Shown here: piece after piece, positions 31,896-42,110 of the stretch
Numbering within the stretch: position 1 is the stretch's first letter
Layout: each line of letters begins with the position of its first letter
From: an uncultured Rikenellaceae bacterium
GTDB taxonomy: Bacteria > Bacteroidota > Bacteroidia > Bacteroidales > Rikenellaceae
Direction of reading: 5' to 3'
Length of the DNA stretch: 64,000 nt
Assembly (NCBI GenBank): GCA_964371475.1
Contig: CAYJMA010000001.1
Location: forward strand, 2,999 to 66,998
Position numbers and translations under genes: made by a program
Notes under the pieces: model-generated
Databases searched by the model: none
Told to the model about the DNA's origin: nothing
What the model saw: the letters and a program-made list of their open reading frames with translations, nothing else

Positions 31896-33113
31896 ATGAA
31901 ACAATCAGTTGCAATACTATGTGCAGGTGGACCTGCACCAGGAATAAATACCGTAATTGGTGCCGTGACAAAGATCTTTACTCAAAACGGTTTCCAAGTC
32001 ATTGGTCTAAATGGAGGCTATAAGAGTCTCTTTGCCGAGGAGCCCGATTTTGTATATCTCGATTTTGAGTTTGCAGATTCTATCTACTCTCGTGGAGGTT
32101 CAGCTCTGGTTATGAGCCGCTATAAACCACAGGATAAGGAATTTAAGAGTGATTTTTTTGAGCGTTACAATGTAAAATGTCTTGTGACAATCGGAGGTGA
32201 TGACACAGCGTCTACTGCAAACCGCCTTAGCAAATGGCTCAAAGAAAAGAGCATAGATGTGAAGAGTATCCACGTGCCTAAGACCATCGATAATGACCTT
32301 CCACTACCTGCAGGTTACCCAACCTTTGGCTATAATTCTGCCAAGGAAGAGGGCGTAAAGCTCGCTACGACTCTATACGAGGATGCTCGTACGAGCGGTA
32401 ACTGGTTTGTGGTATCGGCAATGGGTCGTGAGGCTGGACACCTTGCCTTTGGTATAGGTTCGGCGTGCCACTATCCTATGATCGTTATCCCTGAGATGTT
32501 CAACAAAACGCAGATGACCTTTGACAAAATCGCTCGACTCGTTATCTCCTCTATGGTTAAACGTCGATTGATGGGTATTCCATACGGTGTGGCAATCATC
32601 TCAGAAGGGGTGTTCCACTTTATGACCGATGAGGATGTTATTGGAACGGGTGTGAACTTCACGTACGACGACCACGGACACCCCGAACTGGGTAATGTAA
32701 GCAAGTCGCATATCTTCAATATGCTTGTTCAAGCTCGCTTGAAGAATTTGCGCATAAAGGTTAAGAGCCGCCCTAATGAAATGGGGTATGAGCTGCGCTG
32801 TTGCAGGCCTATTGCCTATGACCTCTCGTATGCCACTCGACTTGGACTTGGTGTCTACGAGCTATACTGTAAGGAGCATACGGGATGTATGGTCACCGTA
32901 GGGCGTGATGGCTCTATTGCACCACTATTTATGGATAGTGTGGCAGATAAAAATGGAAAGATCAAACCTCGTCTCGTTGATGTAGATACAGACAAATTTA
33001 AGCTCATTGCTCTAAATAACCTGCACTACATTACTCCGCAGGACTACAAAAAAGCTGCAAAGTATGTGGATAACCCTGAGGAGTATGACTTTATGAAAAT
33101 CCTTGAATGGTAA
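31896..33113 (+). CDS. pfp: Phosphofructokinase, probably PPi-dependent (diphosphate-fructose-6-phosphate 1-phosphotransferase)
   Basis: 405 aa. ILCAGGPAPGIN and PKTIDNDL. The motif is GGDDT rather than GGDGS, the signature associated with PPi rather than ATP use. Confidence 0.8.
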   Translation: MKQSVAILCAGGPAPGINTVIGAVTKIFTQNGFQVIGLNGGYKSLFAEEPDFVYLDFEFADSIYSRGGSALVMSRYKPQDKEFKSDFFERYNVKCLVTIGGDDTASTANRLSKWLKEKSIDVKSIHVPKTIDNDLPLPAGYPTFGYNSAKEEGVKLATTLYEDARTSGNWFVVSAMGREAGHLAFGIGSACHYPMIVIPEMFNKTQMTFDKIARLVISSMVKRRLMGIPYGVAIISEGVFHFMTDEDVIGTGVNFTYDDHGHPELGNVSKSHIFNMLVQARLKNLRIKVKSRPNEMGYELRCCRPIAYDLSYATRLGLGVYELYCKEHTGCMVTVGRDGSIAPLFMDSVADKNGKIKPRLVDVDTDKFKLIALNNLHYITPQDYKKAAKYVDNPEEYDFMKILEW

Positions 33114-33139
33114 TATATTGGTAAGGGTTTTGCTTAATG

Positions 33140-33185
33140 GATACTGAGGTGATAACAATAGAGTTTCGCCTCGGTATCTTTTACT
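33140..33185 (+). terminator. Terminator-like hairpin after pfp
   Basis: GATACTGAGG (33140-33149) pairs with CCTCGGTATC (33169-33178), with one G-U pair, followed by a T-rich tract. Confidence 0.45.
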
Positions 33186-33220
33186 TTTATTAGGTTTATT
33201 TTTTTACACACATTGACTTT

Positions 33221-34423
33221 ATGTTTATAATAATCGTATTCTCCTTTATAGCACTTGCACTTATTGCTGAGCTTGGGATATACTTTGCACTAATTTCGCG
33301 CAAAGGTAAAACAATCAAAAGGCTATATCTTCTCCAAGCACTGGTTTGTAACCTTCCTGTTATGATCCTGATGGTATTTTCAAGAAACATAACACTTGAT
33401 CCATTCTGGGGAGTGGTGCTAATGTGGGCAAACTACATCTTTATGGTGAGCGTTTTTCCAAAAATAACACTCAATGTTTTTCTGTTGATTCGGAGGTTGT
33501 TACGTTTATTAGTACGTAGGTGGAGTTTTATGTTTGTGCAATATATCGGTTATGGATTAAGCCTTGTGGTTCTCTCTGTTATGTTGTACGGCGGTCTATG
33601 GGGTAGGACAGATCTCAGAGTTGAGGAGCTTACGATATATAACGAGAATTTACCCTCAGCCTTTGATGGTTTCAAGGTAGCGATGTTTACCGATGCGCAC
33701 GTTGGTAATTTTGGTACCTCGTATGGACTTTTGGAGGAGATGGTCGAGGAGATAAATGGCTATGATGTAGACGCAGTGATGCAGGGAGGCGATCTTGTGA
33801 ATTTGCACAGCGGTGAGCTTACCGAAGAGGTAGTCGAAATACTGAGCGATATCGAAGCACCGGTTTACTCCGTGCTGGGTAATCACGACTTGGCGTATTA
33901 CATAGCCGATACTCTTCAGATCAGCCCCTCGGGAAGTAGAGCAGAGCTTGCTCACAAGCAGCTTTCTATGGGTTGGAATCTGTTGCTCAATGACGGAGAG
34001 TGGATCTATCGAGGCGCAGATAGCATATATATCGGGGGGACTACCTATCCGAGTAATAATCCGCACAATGGTTTCCGTTCGGATGCTGGCACAAGCGATA
34101 TACGCTCGGTTATGCGCCCTGTCAGCCATAGCAATTATAGCATTGTTGTGGCGCATACTCCAAAGTTGTTTGATTCGATCTACACCGATATGGTTCGACC
34201 AGATTTGATGCTGAGCGGACATACACACTCTATGCAATTTAAGTTAAAGTGTGGTGATTGGCAGTGGAGTCCTGCCGAGTGGCTCTACGAGAACTATTCT
34301 GGACTCTATAACGATGGTAAAAAATTACTTTATGTAAATGACGGATTGGGCTATGTCGGCATACCGTTTCGTTTTGGAGCTCGGCCAGAATTAACTATCT
34401 TTACACTAAAATCAACAAAATGA
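33221..34423 (+). CDS. Membrane-anchored metallophosphoesterase
   Basis: 400 aa with several N-terminal TM helices. Calcineurin-like motifs (FTDAHVG, GGDLVN, GNHD, GHTH). Confidence 0.8.
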   Translation: MFIIIVFSFIALALIAELGIYFALISRKGKTIKRLYLLQALVCNLPVMILMVFSRNITLDPFWGVVLMWANYIFMVSVFPKITLNVFLLIRRLLRLLVRRWSFMFVQYIGYGLSLVVLSVMLYGGLWGRTDLRVEELTIYNENLPSAFDGFKVAMFTDAHVGNFGTSYGLLEEMVEEINGYDVDAVMQGGDLVNLHSGELTEEVVEILSDIEAPVYSVLGNHDLAYYIADTLQISPSGSRAELAHKQLSMGWNLLLNDGEWIYRGADSIYIGGTTYPSNNPHNGFRSDAGTSDIRSVMRPVSHSNYSIVVAHTPKLFDSIYTDMVRPDLMLSGHTHSMQFKLKCGDWQWSPAEWLYENYSGLYNDGKKLLYVNDGLGYVGIPFRFGARPELTIFTLKSTK

Positions 34424-34995
34424 TGAACAAAGGCAAGGTTATAATATTTTCGGCACCCTCGGGAAGTGGCAAAACAACAATAATACGACACCTACTGTTG
34501 CACCACCCAAATCTAAAGTTTTCAGTGTCAGCCACCTCTCGTGCTCCTCGTGGCAACGAGGTGTGTGGCACCGACTATCACTTTATGAGCAGTGAGGAGT
34601 TTAGCGAGGCGGTCTCGGCAGGTAAGTTCATTGAGTGGGAGGAGGTCTATGCAGGCACGTGCTATGGGACGCTTCACAGCGAGGTTGAAAGGTTGTGGCA
34701 AGAGGGCACAACGGTGCTATTTGATGTGGACGTGGTTGGGGGCATACGCCTCAAGGAGCACTTCGGTAGTGAAGCCTTGTCGCTCTTCATTATGCCACCA
34801 TCTATCGAGGAGTTGACCCATAGGCTTACATCTCGTGGTACGGACACAGCAGAGCAAATCGAAAAACGCATTGCAAAGGCTCAGATTGAGATAGCCTATG
34901 CCGAAAAATTTGACAAAATCATCATCAACGACATACTTGAAGTTGCTCAGGAGGCAGCCGAGACTTCGGTTGTGGAGTTTCTCACAGAGGACTAG
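34420..34995 (+). CDS. gmk: Guanylate kinase
   Basis: 191 aa. P-loop SAPSGSGKTT and TSRAPRGNE. ATGA overlap with the upstream gene. Confidence 0.93.
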   Translation: MMNKGKVIIFSAPSGSGKTTIIRHLLLHHPNLKFSVSATSRAPRGNEVCGTDYHFMSSEEFSEAVSAGKFIEWEEVYAGTCYGTLHSEVERLWQEGTTVLFDVDVVGGIRLKEHFGSEALSLFIMPPSIEELTHRLTSRGTDTAEQIEKRIAKAQIEIAYAEKFDKIIINDILEVAQEAAETSVVEFLTED

Positions 34996-36386
34996 TACCC
35001 CAAGATGCGCATCATCGAGCGGTAGGATTGCTCCTTTGCAAAGAGGCGAGTGTTATATTCACCAGTCTCCTTGTCCACATCTATTATTATATGCTTAGGA
35101 GCCGGTATGAGGCAGTGTTGAATGCCACCATATCCGCCCAGTGATTCTTGGTATGCTCCGGTGTGGAAAAAACCGACATACTGTGGCTCATTGTCCTGAA
35201 GTTTGGGCAAGTAGATAGCATTTTGATGCGCCTCGGCGTTGTAATAATCCTCGCTGTCGCAGGTAAGTCCACCAAGGAATACACGTTGGTACTCCTTTTC
35301 CCAGTTGTTTATCGAGAGCATTATATAGCGTTGACTTATGCCCCACGTATCTGGTAGCGTTGTCATAAACGACGAGTCTATCATATACCACCTCTCTTTG
35401 TCGTTTTGTTGGCGTTGGTTGATGATCGAGTATAGCGTTGCGCCACTTTCGCCAACGGTGTAGGATCCAAACTCGGTGAAGATGTGTGGTTCATCAATCT
35501 CATATTGATTGCAGTAGGATTTGGTTTGTGCTACGATCTCTTCGGTCATATACTCATAGTCGTAGTCAAAGGCCAGGGAGCTTCTAATGGGGAATCCACC
35601 TCCGATGTTCAAGGAATCGAGCTCTGGGCAAATCTTCTTTAGCTCAACATAAACGCTCAAACATTTATTCAGTTCGCTCCAGTAGTAGGCGGTGTCTCTA
35701 ATACCAGTGTTGATGAAGAAGTGGAGCATTTTGAGTTGGAACTTCTTGTTGGTTTTTATCTTCTTTTTGTAGAAGTCCAGTATTTCGGAGTATCGAATTC
35801 CGAGTCGTGAGGTATAGAAGTCAAACTTTGGTTCTTCTTCCGATGCGATGCGTATGCCGAGCTTACAGGGGCGATCTAGCTCGGCATCGAGCAGATCGAG
35901 ATCGTCCATACCATCCAGCACAGGGATAGTGTTATAGTAGCCATCTCGCACCAGTCCGGCGATGTTGTCTACATACTGTGGACGCTTATATCCATTACAT
36001 ACAATGTATATGTCTTTGCTCAAGAGTCCTTGCTCTTCGAGTGCTCGCAGGAGGTGGATGTCATATGCCGAGGAGGTTTCTATATGTACATTATTTTTTA
36101 GCACTTCCTCCATAACGAAGCTAAAGTGAGAGCTTTTAGTACAGTAACAATAGTTGTACGTACCCTTGTAATCTACCTTTGCCATTGCCACAGCAAAGAG
36201 CTTGCGTGCGCGATCAATCTGCGTACCTATGCGAGGTAGGTACGTAACCTTTAGTGGTGTGCCATACTGCTTGATGATGTCCATAAGAGGCACATCGTTC
36301 CAGTTTAGCTCGCCATCTTCGACGTTAAATTCGTCGTTTGGAAATTCAAATGTTTGGTCAATGAGGTCAGAGTATTTAGTCTTCAT
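34992..36386 (-). CDS. Fold-type III PLP-dependent decarboxylase (arginine/ornithine/DAP decarboxylase family, probably arginine decarboxylase)
   Basis: 464 aa. YGTPLKVTYL N-terminus, NIGGGFPI and C-terminal GAYQES motifs typical of the Orn/DAP/Arg decarboxylase family. Substrate is not determinable by eye. Confidence 0.7.
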   Translation of the reverse strand: MKTKYSDLIDQTFEFPNDEFNVEDGELNWNDVPLMDIIKQYGTPLKVTYLPRIGTQIDRARKLFAVAMAKVDYKGTYNYCYCTKSSHFSFVMEEVLKNNVHIETSSAYDIHLLRALEEQGLLSKDIYIVCNGYKRPQYVDNIAGLVRDGYYNTIPVLDGMDDLDLLDAELDRPCKLGIRIASEEEPKFDFYTSRLGIRYSEILDFYKKKIKTNKKFQLKMLHFFINTGIRDTAYYWSELNKCLSVYVELKKICPELDSLNIGGGFPIRSSLAFDYDYEYMTEEIVAQTKSYCNQYEIDEPHIFTEFGSYTVGESGATLYSIINQRQQNDKERWYMIDSSFMTTLPDTWGISQRYIMLSINNWEKEYQRVFLGGLTCDSEDYYNAEAHQNAIYLPKLQDNEPQYVGFFHTGAYQESLGGYGGIQHCLIPAPKHIIIDVDKETGEYNTRLFAKEQSYRSMMRILGY

Positions 36387-36526
36387 CGCTAAGTTTTTTG
36401 AAGTTAATTTGGGTGTTTCTTTTCAATCCAACTCTGGCGCATTGTCTCTATATTGTCAATCTAACGTAGTCGGATATTCAAAATTACCAGCAGCAAAGTT
36501 AATTACTTTGCCTCAAACCTCCAAAT

Positions 36527-37324
36527 TTATAGCGTAATAATGGTACCCTTAAATAGTCTGTGGGCTTCCTCAATGCCACTTGAGACGAATTCAAGGCGAT
36601 GGGCGTCGGAGTTGATAATCACTGGGATTTGTAGCTCTGCAATGCGCTTGAAGTAGTCCTGTGAGGGGTAAAAAGTGCCTCTTGAGGCGTATGCCTTGGT
36701 GTTTATCTCAATGACTGTACTGTGAGTTGCGCAGTGGCATAAGAACTCCTCCACAAGGTCTTTGTACCAGCTCTTCTGGGCAATCTTTGAGCTTAGTTGC
36801 GATGCATTGGAGTGTATTTTGTCGCTGTGTGCAATGAAGTCAAAGCCACGCACCTCCACCAACTCTCGCATCGAGCGATAGTATGCCTCTACGATTCGCT
36901 GCAGTGAACCTCCATAGTGCATCTCCACCATTCGACTAAAGCGCTTTACCTCGCAGTCAACATCGAGAATTTCGCCATCGACAGGCGAACGAAGAAGGTG
37001 TACAGATCCAATGCGATAGTCGAGTGGAAGACCTTGAAAATACTCTATCGAGGGGTTGAACTCACTGTCAATATAGTCTATTTCCATACCACACAACACT
37101 CTAATCTTTGGTGCGTATTTCTTCTTTAGAGTGCTCACCTCTGCTATGTAGCTATCAACGTGATCGATCTTCATAGCCCACGGAGCGTGCTTTAACATAG
37201 GTAAGGGGCAATGCGGTGAGACCCCCCACGCCGAGAATCCAACCTCTATGGCACGACCAATAAACTCCTCGATTGTAGCCCTGCCGTCGCAGTATTGAGT
37301 GTGGCTATGGTAATTTGTCAACAT
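36527..37324 (-). CDS. Histidinol-phosphatase, PHP family
   Basis: 265 aa. N-terminal YHSHTQYCDG and later H/D metal ligands (GSVH, SDAH). Confidence 0.75.
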   Translation of the reverse strand: MLTNYHSHTQYCDGRATIEEFIGRAIEVGFSAWGVSPHCPLPMLKHAPWAMKIDHVDSYIAEVSTLKKKYAPKIRVLCGMEIDYIDSEFNPSIEYFQGLPLDYRIGSVHLLRSPVDGEILDVDCEVKRFSRMVEMHYGGSLQRIVEAYYRSMRELVEVRGFDFIAHSDKIHSNASQLSSKIAQKSWYKDLVEEFLCHCATHSTVIEINTKAYASRGTFYPSQDYFKRIAELQIPVIINSDAHRLEFVSSGIEEAHRLFKGTIITL

Positions 37325-37343
37325 ATTTTATTATCTTTACGCT

Positions 37344-37742
37344 ATGGATAAACTATTAAAACGTGCCATAGAGGCTTCATCCACAGCTTATGCTCCATAC
37401 TCTGGCTTCTGTGTTGGTGCGGCAGTAGAGTTAGAGAGTGGAGAAATCGTAGTGGGTAGCAATCAAGAGTGCGCCTCGTACTCGCTTACCATCTGCGCCG
37501 AAAGAGTAGCACTTGCCGCTGCTCTTTCCAACTTCCCGAACGGTGTAGTTCGCCGAATTGCAATCTACTCGCCACAATCACCCTCGGGCATTGCCCCTTG
37601 TGGAGCGTGTAGAGAGTTTATTATGGAGTGTGCACGCCGAGGTGAGGTAGACATAGAGATTATTGGCATCGATGGAGAGCATACTACAACAATTTCTGCT
37701 CTCTTGCCACACTCTTTTATCCTTCCCAAAAACTCACTATAG
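37344..37742 (+). CDS. cdd: Cytidine deaminase
   Basis: 132 aa. Zinc motifs CAERVAL and PCGACREF. Confidence 0.92.
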   Translation: MDKLLKRAIEASSTAYAPYSGFCVGAAVELESGEIVVGSNQECASYSLTICAERVALAAALSNFPNGVVRRIAIYSPQSPSGIAPCGACREFIMECARRGEVDIEIIGIDGEHTTTISALLPHSFILPKNSL

Positions 37743-38804
37743 TCTCACCGAAAGCTCCGAGCCAATCTCTTCGAGATCCTTCACCACAGCATCGATTAGA
37801 GATATCCCATCGTTCATTATCTTCTCCTTCTTTTCTCTCTCAATATCACCGGGGATATAGACTCTTTGTTGTCCTTTTGCGGGAGTTGCACCTCTGAATG
37901 TCTCTATCCAGCTATCCATCGAAGCCTTAAATTCACTTGCAGGGCGGAATGCATCTACTCTCATTGCACCGAAGAAGTGCCCAAGCCCCTCGCCTACACT
38001 CTTGTCAAGCAGCGGCAAGTAGGGCACTTGGGGAGGAACGAAAGGTCCGAAGTTTGCTCCAGAGAATACTGCCGAGAATATGTCAATCAACGCACCCATA
38101 CAGTAACCCTTGTGGCTACCGTGCTCGTAATCTCCGCCAAGGGGGACAATAGCACCACCGCGAGTAATTATATCAGGATCGGTTGATGGCACACCCTCTG
38201 CATCTTGCACATAGCCCAATGGAGCACTCTCACCCTTTTTGCCCATTATGGCGAGTTTGCCTCTCGCAATTGGAGTTGTCGCAAAGTCGGCTACAAATGG
38301 AGGTTGCTTGTCTGTGGGGATGGCAACAGCCAGTGGGTTTGTTCCAAGTAGACGGCTTACCGAAAACGTAGGTGCAACAAGTGGGTTGGCATTAGTCATT
38401 GCGATGCCCACCATATCGTGCTCAAGTGCCATCTCGGAGTAGTAACCCGCTATGCCAAAGTGGTTCGAATTTTTTACCGCAACCCATCCAGTACCACACT
38501 TCTCAGCCTTGTCAATAGCCACCTTCATTGCATAATGCGCTGCCACTATTCCAATTGCTCCATCGCCATCGACAGTTGCCGTCGATGGTGATTCGTGTAC
38601 TATCTTAGGCTCTGGTTTGACATTTATGCGACCTGCCTTCCACAACCCATAGATATCCTTTACGCGAAGCATTCCGTGCGAACTGAGTCCGTGTAGCTCC
38701 GCTGCGAGAAGTACCTCGGTTATGATCTTAGCATCAGCCTCGGGGCAACCCATTGCCCGAAAAAGTGAATTATTAAAGTCAAAAAGTTGTTGATAGCTAT
38801 ACAT
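37737..38804 (-). CDS. Ldh_2 family oxidoreductase (malate/L-lactate/sulfolactate dehydrogenase type 2)
   Basis: 355 aa. HGLSSHGMLRV, NSNHFGIAGYY and GSHKGY motifs. Confidence 0.8.
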   Translation of the reverse strand: MYSYQQLFDFNNSLFRAMGCPEADAKIITEVLLAAELHGLSSHGMLRVKDIYGLWKAGRINVKPEPKIVHESPSTATVDGDGAIGIVAAHYAMKVAIDKAEKCGTGWVAVKNSNHFGIAGYYSEMALEHDMVGIAMTNANPLVAPTFSVSRLLGTNPLAVAIPTDKQPPFVADFATTPIARGKLAIMGKKGESAPLGYVQDAEGVPSTDPDIITRGGAIVPLGGDYEHGSHKGYCMGALIDIFSAVFSGANFGPFVPPQVPYLPLLDKSVGEGLGHFFGAMRVDAFRPASEFKASMDSWIETFRGATPAKGQQRVYIPGDIEREKKEKIMNDGISLIDAVVKDLEEIGSELSVRL

Positions 38805-38838
38805 TTCCCTTTATATGTTTTGTATTAATAAAAAATTA

Positions 38839-40260
38839 CTATTTATCGCCCAGTGCCTGAACCTGTCTTGTGGCAACCTTTGGATTTGCAATAACATTGC
38901 ACCCATTGACGCAACCACCCTCACACGCCATTACCTCTACCATATTTCCGGGGCAGTGGTTAACAAATCCGCGTAAATCTCGTATGCTCTCCTTTGATAT
39001 GCCATTGATAACAATAGGTGTCATTTCGGCTCTATTGCCCACCATCTTTTGCACCGCTTTGGCAACTCCAGAGGTGGCAGCATAGCCACGCGAAGTGGGG
39101 TTTATAGCACTGTCCAGCTCTTCGGTCGATGGGTCATTGATGTTTATCCCCAGAGCTACAAGTGTGGTGCCCACCTCCTCAAACGATAGTACATAGTCGA
39201 CCAATGGATCGCTATATGCTTCAAATCGCTTAGCAAGACAAGGCCCTATGAATACTATTGTAGCATCAGGGTTCTTACTCTTCACAATCTCAGCAGCGTA
39301 GTGCATCGGCGAGCGCGTATGCGACACGTAGGGTATTATCTCTGGTATGTGTTTTCCTGCGAGTCGGTAGTATGACGGGCAACAAGACGTTGTCATAAAC
39401 TTTTCGCCATTTTTCATCTTTTCGATAAACTCTTCTGCCTCACGTTCAGTTGTCACATCGGCACCCATAGCAACTTCGAGGACTTGGTCGAATCCGATCT
39501 TCTTAATTGCCGAGAGTATGCTCTCAAGTGGAGCTTTGAACTGACCCGCGATAGCTGGAGCAACTATTGCAATGACCCTTTTATTATTATCTTTTAGTTG
39601 TTTGTAGATATCAACAATGTGTGAGCGTTCCATAATTGCGCCAAATGGGCACGCAGATATGCAACGACCACAGTATATACACTTAGAGTGGTCGATAACC
39701 TCTTTTCCGTTTTCATTTTTGGAGATAGCTCCCACAGGGCAACTCTCCTCGCACGGTACTGGTTGGTAGATAATTGCGTGGAAGGGGCAGTTCTTGAGAC
39801 ATAGTCCGCAGTTTACACACTTGCTACTCTCGATTTGTGCTTTGCCGTTGGCAAAAAATATTGCTTTTTTGGGACAGTTCGTCTCACACGGACGAGCCAC
39901 ACACCCTCTACACATATTGGTTACAACGTAGTTGTCCTTGACACAAGCCGAGCATGCTTCGTCCATTACAGACATTGGTGTTTTACCAACGGTGGTTCGA
40001 TTAAACGCCTCGCTACAATATTCACTGAGTCGTGCACGCTCGTCCTTCTCGTCATCGATGCCATAACCCAGTACACCCATTGCACGATACTTGAGCATTG
40101 CGCGATCCTTGTAGATGCAACATCTGGTGATTTCGCCATTTCGCGGCCGCATTAGGTATGGTATATCGTCCACGTTTTCGAGTAGCGTGCCTGCATCAAG
40201 GTGGCGGATAATTCTTGTTATAAGTTCTCTTCGTAGTATGTCTGTATTGTTTGTTGCCAT
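38839..40260 (-). CDS. [FeFe]-hydrogenase family protein (H-domain plus N-terminal 4Fe-4S clusters)
   Basis: 473 aa. Two ferredoxin-type CxxCxxCxxxCP motifs plus extra Cys clusters. H-cluster-like motifs TTSCCPSY (L1), GPCLAKRFE (L2) and EVMACEGGCVNGC (L3). Confidence 0.8.
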   Translation of the reverse strand: MATNNTDILRRELITRIIRHLDAGTLLENVDDIPYLMRPRNGEITRCCIYKDRAMLKYRAMGVLGYGIDDEKDERARLSEYCSEAFNRTTVGKTPMSVMDEACSACVKDNYVVTNMCRGCVARPCETNCPKKAIFFANGKAQIESSKCVNCGLCLKNCPFHAIIYQPVPCEESCPVGAISKNENGKEVIDHSKCIYCGRCISACPFGAIMERSHIVDIYKQLKDNNKRVIAIVAPAIAGQFKAPLESILSAIKKIGFDQVLEVAMGADVTTEREAEEFIEKMKNGEKFMTTSCCPSYYRLAGKHIPEIIPYVSHTRSPMHYAAEIVKSKNPDATIVFIGPCLAKRFEAYSDPLVDYVLSFEEVGTTLVALGININDPSTEELDSAINPTSRGYAATSGVAKAVQKMVGNRAEMTPIVINGISKESIRDLRGFVNHCPGNMVEVMACEGGCVNGCNVIANPKVATRQVQALGDK

Positions 40261-40293
40261 TGGTTTTCTTGCCTCCTTTTACAATTAAAACTC

Positions 40294-40560
40294 TTATAAT
40301 TCACAATTTAGTTGGGCTCGAATCTCAGCTATGATCTTGTCGTTATTCGCGCCACTTATTACCCTCTCCCCGACCATAGCATATGGAGCTTTCGTTTTGG
40401 TCTCTTGACTCTTTTGGCAGAGATCCAGACAGGGCACTGCACGTATGTTAACCATCCCATTTAGATCCTCAGGAAGATAATCTTCGAGGAGTTGCAAGTC
40501 TGCACCTCCCATTACGTAGCACATCGTGCCACAACATAATTTTACTACAACCTTTTTCAT
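40294..40560 (-). CDS. Thioredoxin-like [2Fe-2S] ferredoxin (NuoE/HndA-like)
   Basis: 88 aa. Cys pattern CCGTMCYVMGG ... VPCLDLCQ. Directly upstream of the hydrogenase-like gene. Confidence 0.7.
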   Translation of the reverse strand: MKKVVVKLCCGTMCYVMGGADLQLLEDYLPEDLNGMVNIRAVPCLDLCQKSQETKTKAPYAMVGERVISGANNDKIIAEIRAQLNCEL

Positions 40561-40601
40561 ACCATTTTGATGTTATTCTACCTTAAAAAGTGATAATTTA
40601 A

Positions 40602-42095
40602 TTATTTTTCGGGACGCATCTGTGGGAAGAATAGCACCTCCTGTATTGAGCTTTGCCCCGTGAGGAACATAGTAAGTCTATCAATGCCAATACCCATACC
40701 CGAGCAGGTTGGCATACCATACTCCAGGGCACGTAGAAAGTCGTGATCAATAAACATCGCTTCGTCATCCCCCTTCTTGCTAAGTTCGAGTTGCTCTTCA
40801 AATCGCTCACGTTGTTCAATCGGATCGTTGAGCTCGCTATATGCATTTGCAACCTCTTTACCGCCTACGAATAGCTCGAAACGCTCGGTAAGGTGTGGTT
40901 CTGAACGGTGGCGTTTGGTCAGTGGCGACATCTCAACAGGGTAGTCCGTAATGAAGGTTGGTTGTTCCAACATCTCCTCACACTTCTCACCAAAGATAGC
41001 GTCAATGAGCTTGCCAACCCCCATACTCTTGTCGGTGTGAATACCAAGCTCTGCGCACTTGGCACGAAGCTCATCTTCGCTCTTACCGGTAATGTCAAAT
41101 CCTGTTTGTTGCTTGATAGCGTCAGTCATTGTAAGCCTGCGGAATGGAGCCTTGAAGTTGAAGGTCTTATCGCCAAAGTTAACCTCGGTTGTACCGTGCA
41201 GGGCGAGAGCAACCTTCTCGATCATATTTTCTGTAAACTCCATCATCCACAAGTAGTCTTTATAGGCTACATATATCTCCATTACGGTAAACTCAGGGTT
41301 GTGAGTTCTGTCCATTCCCTCATTGCGGAAGTCTTTAGCAAATTCATACACGCCCTCAAAACCGCCTACGATCAAACGCTTTAGGTATAGCTCATTTGCA
41401 ATACGAAGATATAGTGGCATATCCAGAGCATTGTGGTGAGTGATAAAGGGTCGAGCTGCGGCTCCACCTGCAATTGATTGTAAGATCGGAGTCTCCACCT
41501 CCAGATAGCCGTGGTCATTGAAGTACTCGCGCATAGTATTGATAATCTTTGTGCGCTTGAGGAAGGTATCACGAACCTCGCTGTTGACTATCAAGTCCAC
41601 ATATCGCATACGATACCTAAGCTCAGGATCACTAAAGGCATCGTATATCTTACCATCCTGTTCCTTCACTATGGGAAGTGGGCGTAGCGATTTGCTGAGC
41701 AGAACAAACCTTTGACAGTGTACCGAAAGCTGCCCAGTTTGTGTAATAAAGGAAAAACCCTCAACGCCGACAATATCACCAATGTCCAGTAATTTTTTGA
41801 ACACTGTATTATAAAGCGTTGGATCTCCCTCGGGGCAAACCTCATCACGCTTTATATAGACTTGGATACGGCCGGTGGAGTCCTGAAGCTCAAAAAACGA
41901 GGCATTGCCCATAATCCTACGACTCATAATTCGCCCTGCAATCAAGAGTTTTTGCTCGGGTTTTGCTCCCTCTTGAATTATCTCTGCCGTGGTATGGCTA
42001 ACTGCAAACTCTGCAGCAGGGTAGGGGTCGATGCCCAACTCTCTGAGTTTTTCCAACGATTGTCTGCGAATGATTTCCTGTTCTGATAGTTCCAT
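40602..42095 (-). CDS. lysS: Lysine-tRNA ligase (class II)
   Basis: 497 aa. OB-fold N-terminal domain and class II motifs ([19 protein letters not shown]). Confidence 0.95.
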   Translation of the reverse strand: MELSEQEIIRRQSLEKLRELGIDPYPAAEFAVSHTTAEIIQEGAKPEQKLLIAGRIMSRRIMGNASFFELQDSTGRIQVYIKRDEVCPEGDPTLYNTVFKKLLDIGDIVGVEGFSFITQTGQLSVHCQRFVLLSKSLRPLPIVKEQDGKIYDAFSDPELRYRMRYVDLIVNSEVRDTFLKRTKIINTMREYFNDHGYLEVETPILQSIAGGAAARPFITHHNALDMPLYLRIANELYLKRLIVGGFEGVYEFAKDFRNEGMDRTHNPEFTVMEIYVAYKDYLWMMEFTENMIEKVALALHGTTEVNFGDKTFNFKAPFRRLTMTDAIKQQTGFDITGKSEDELRAKCAELGIHTDKSMGVGKLIDAIFGEKCEEMLEQPTFITDYPVEMSPLTKRHRSEPHLTERFELFVGGKEVANAYSELNDPIEQRERFEEQLELSKKGDDEAMFIDHDFLRALEYGMPTCSGMGIGIDRLTMFLTGQSSIQEVLFFPQMRPEK

Positions 42096-42110
42096 AAATG
42101 TATTGTGTCT

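Noticed and set aside
40598-40852. An 84-aa ORF overlapping the 3' end of lysS in another frame
   Set aside because: It lies entirely within the conserved LysRS C-terminal catalytic region and has no independent start context. It is spurious.
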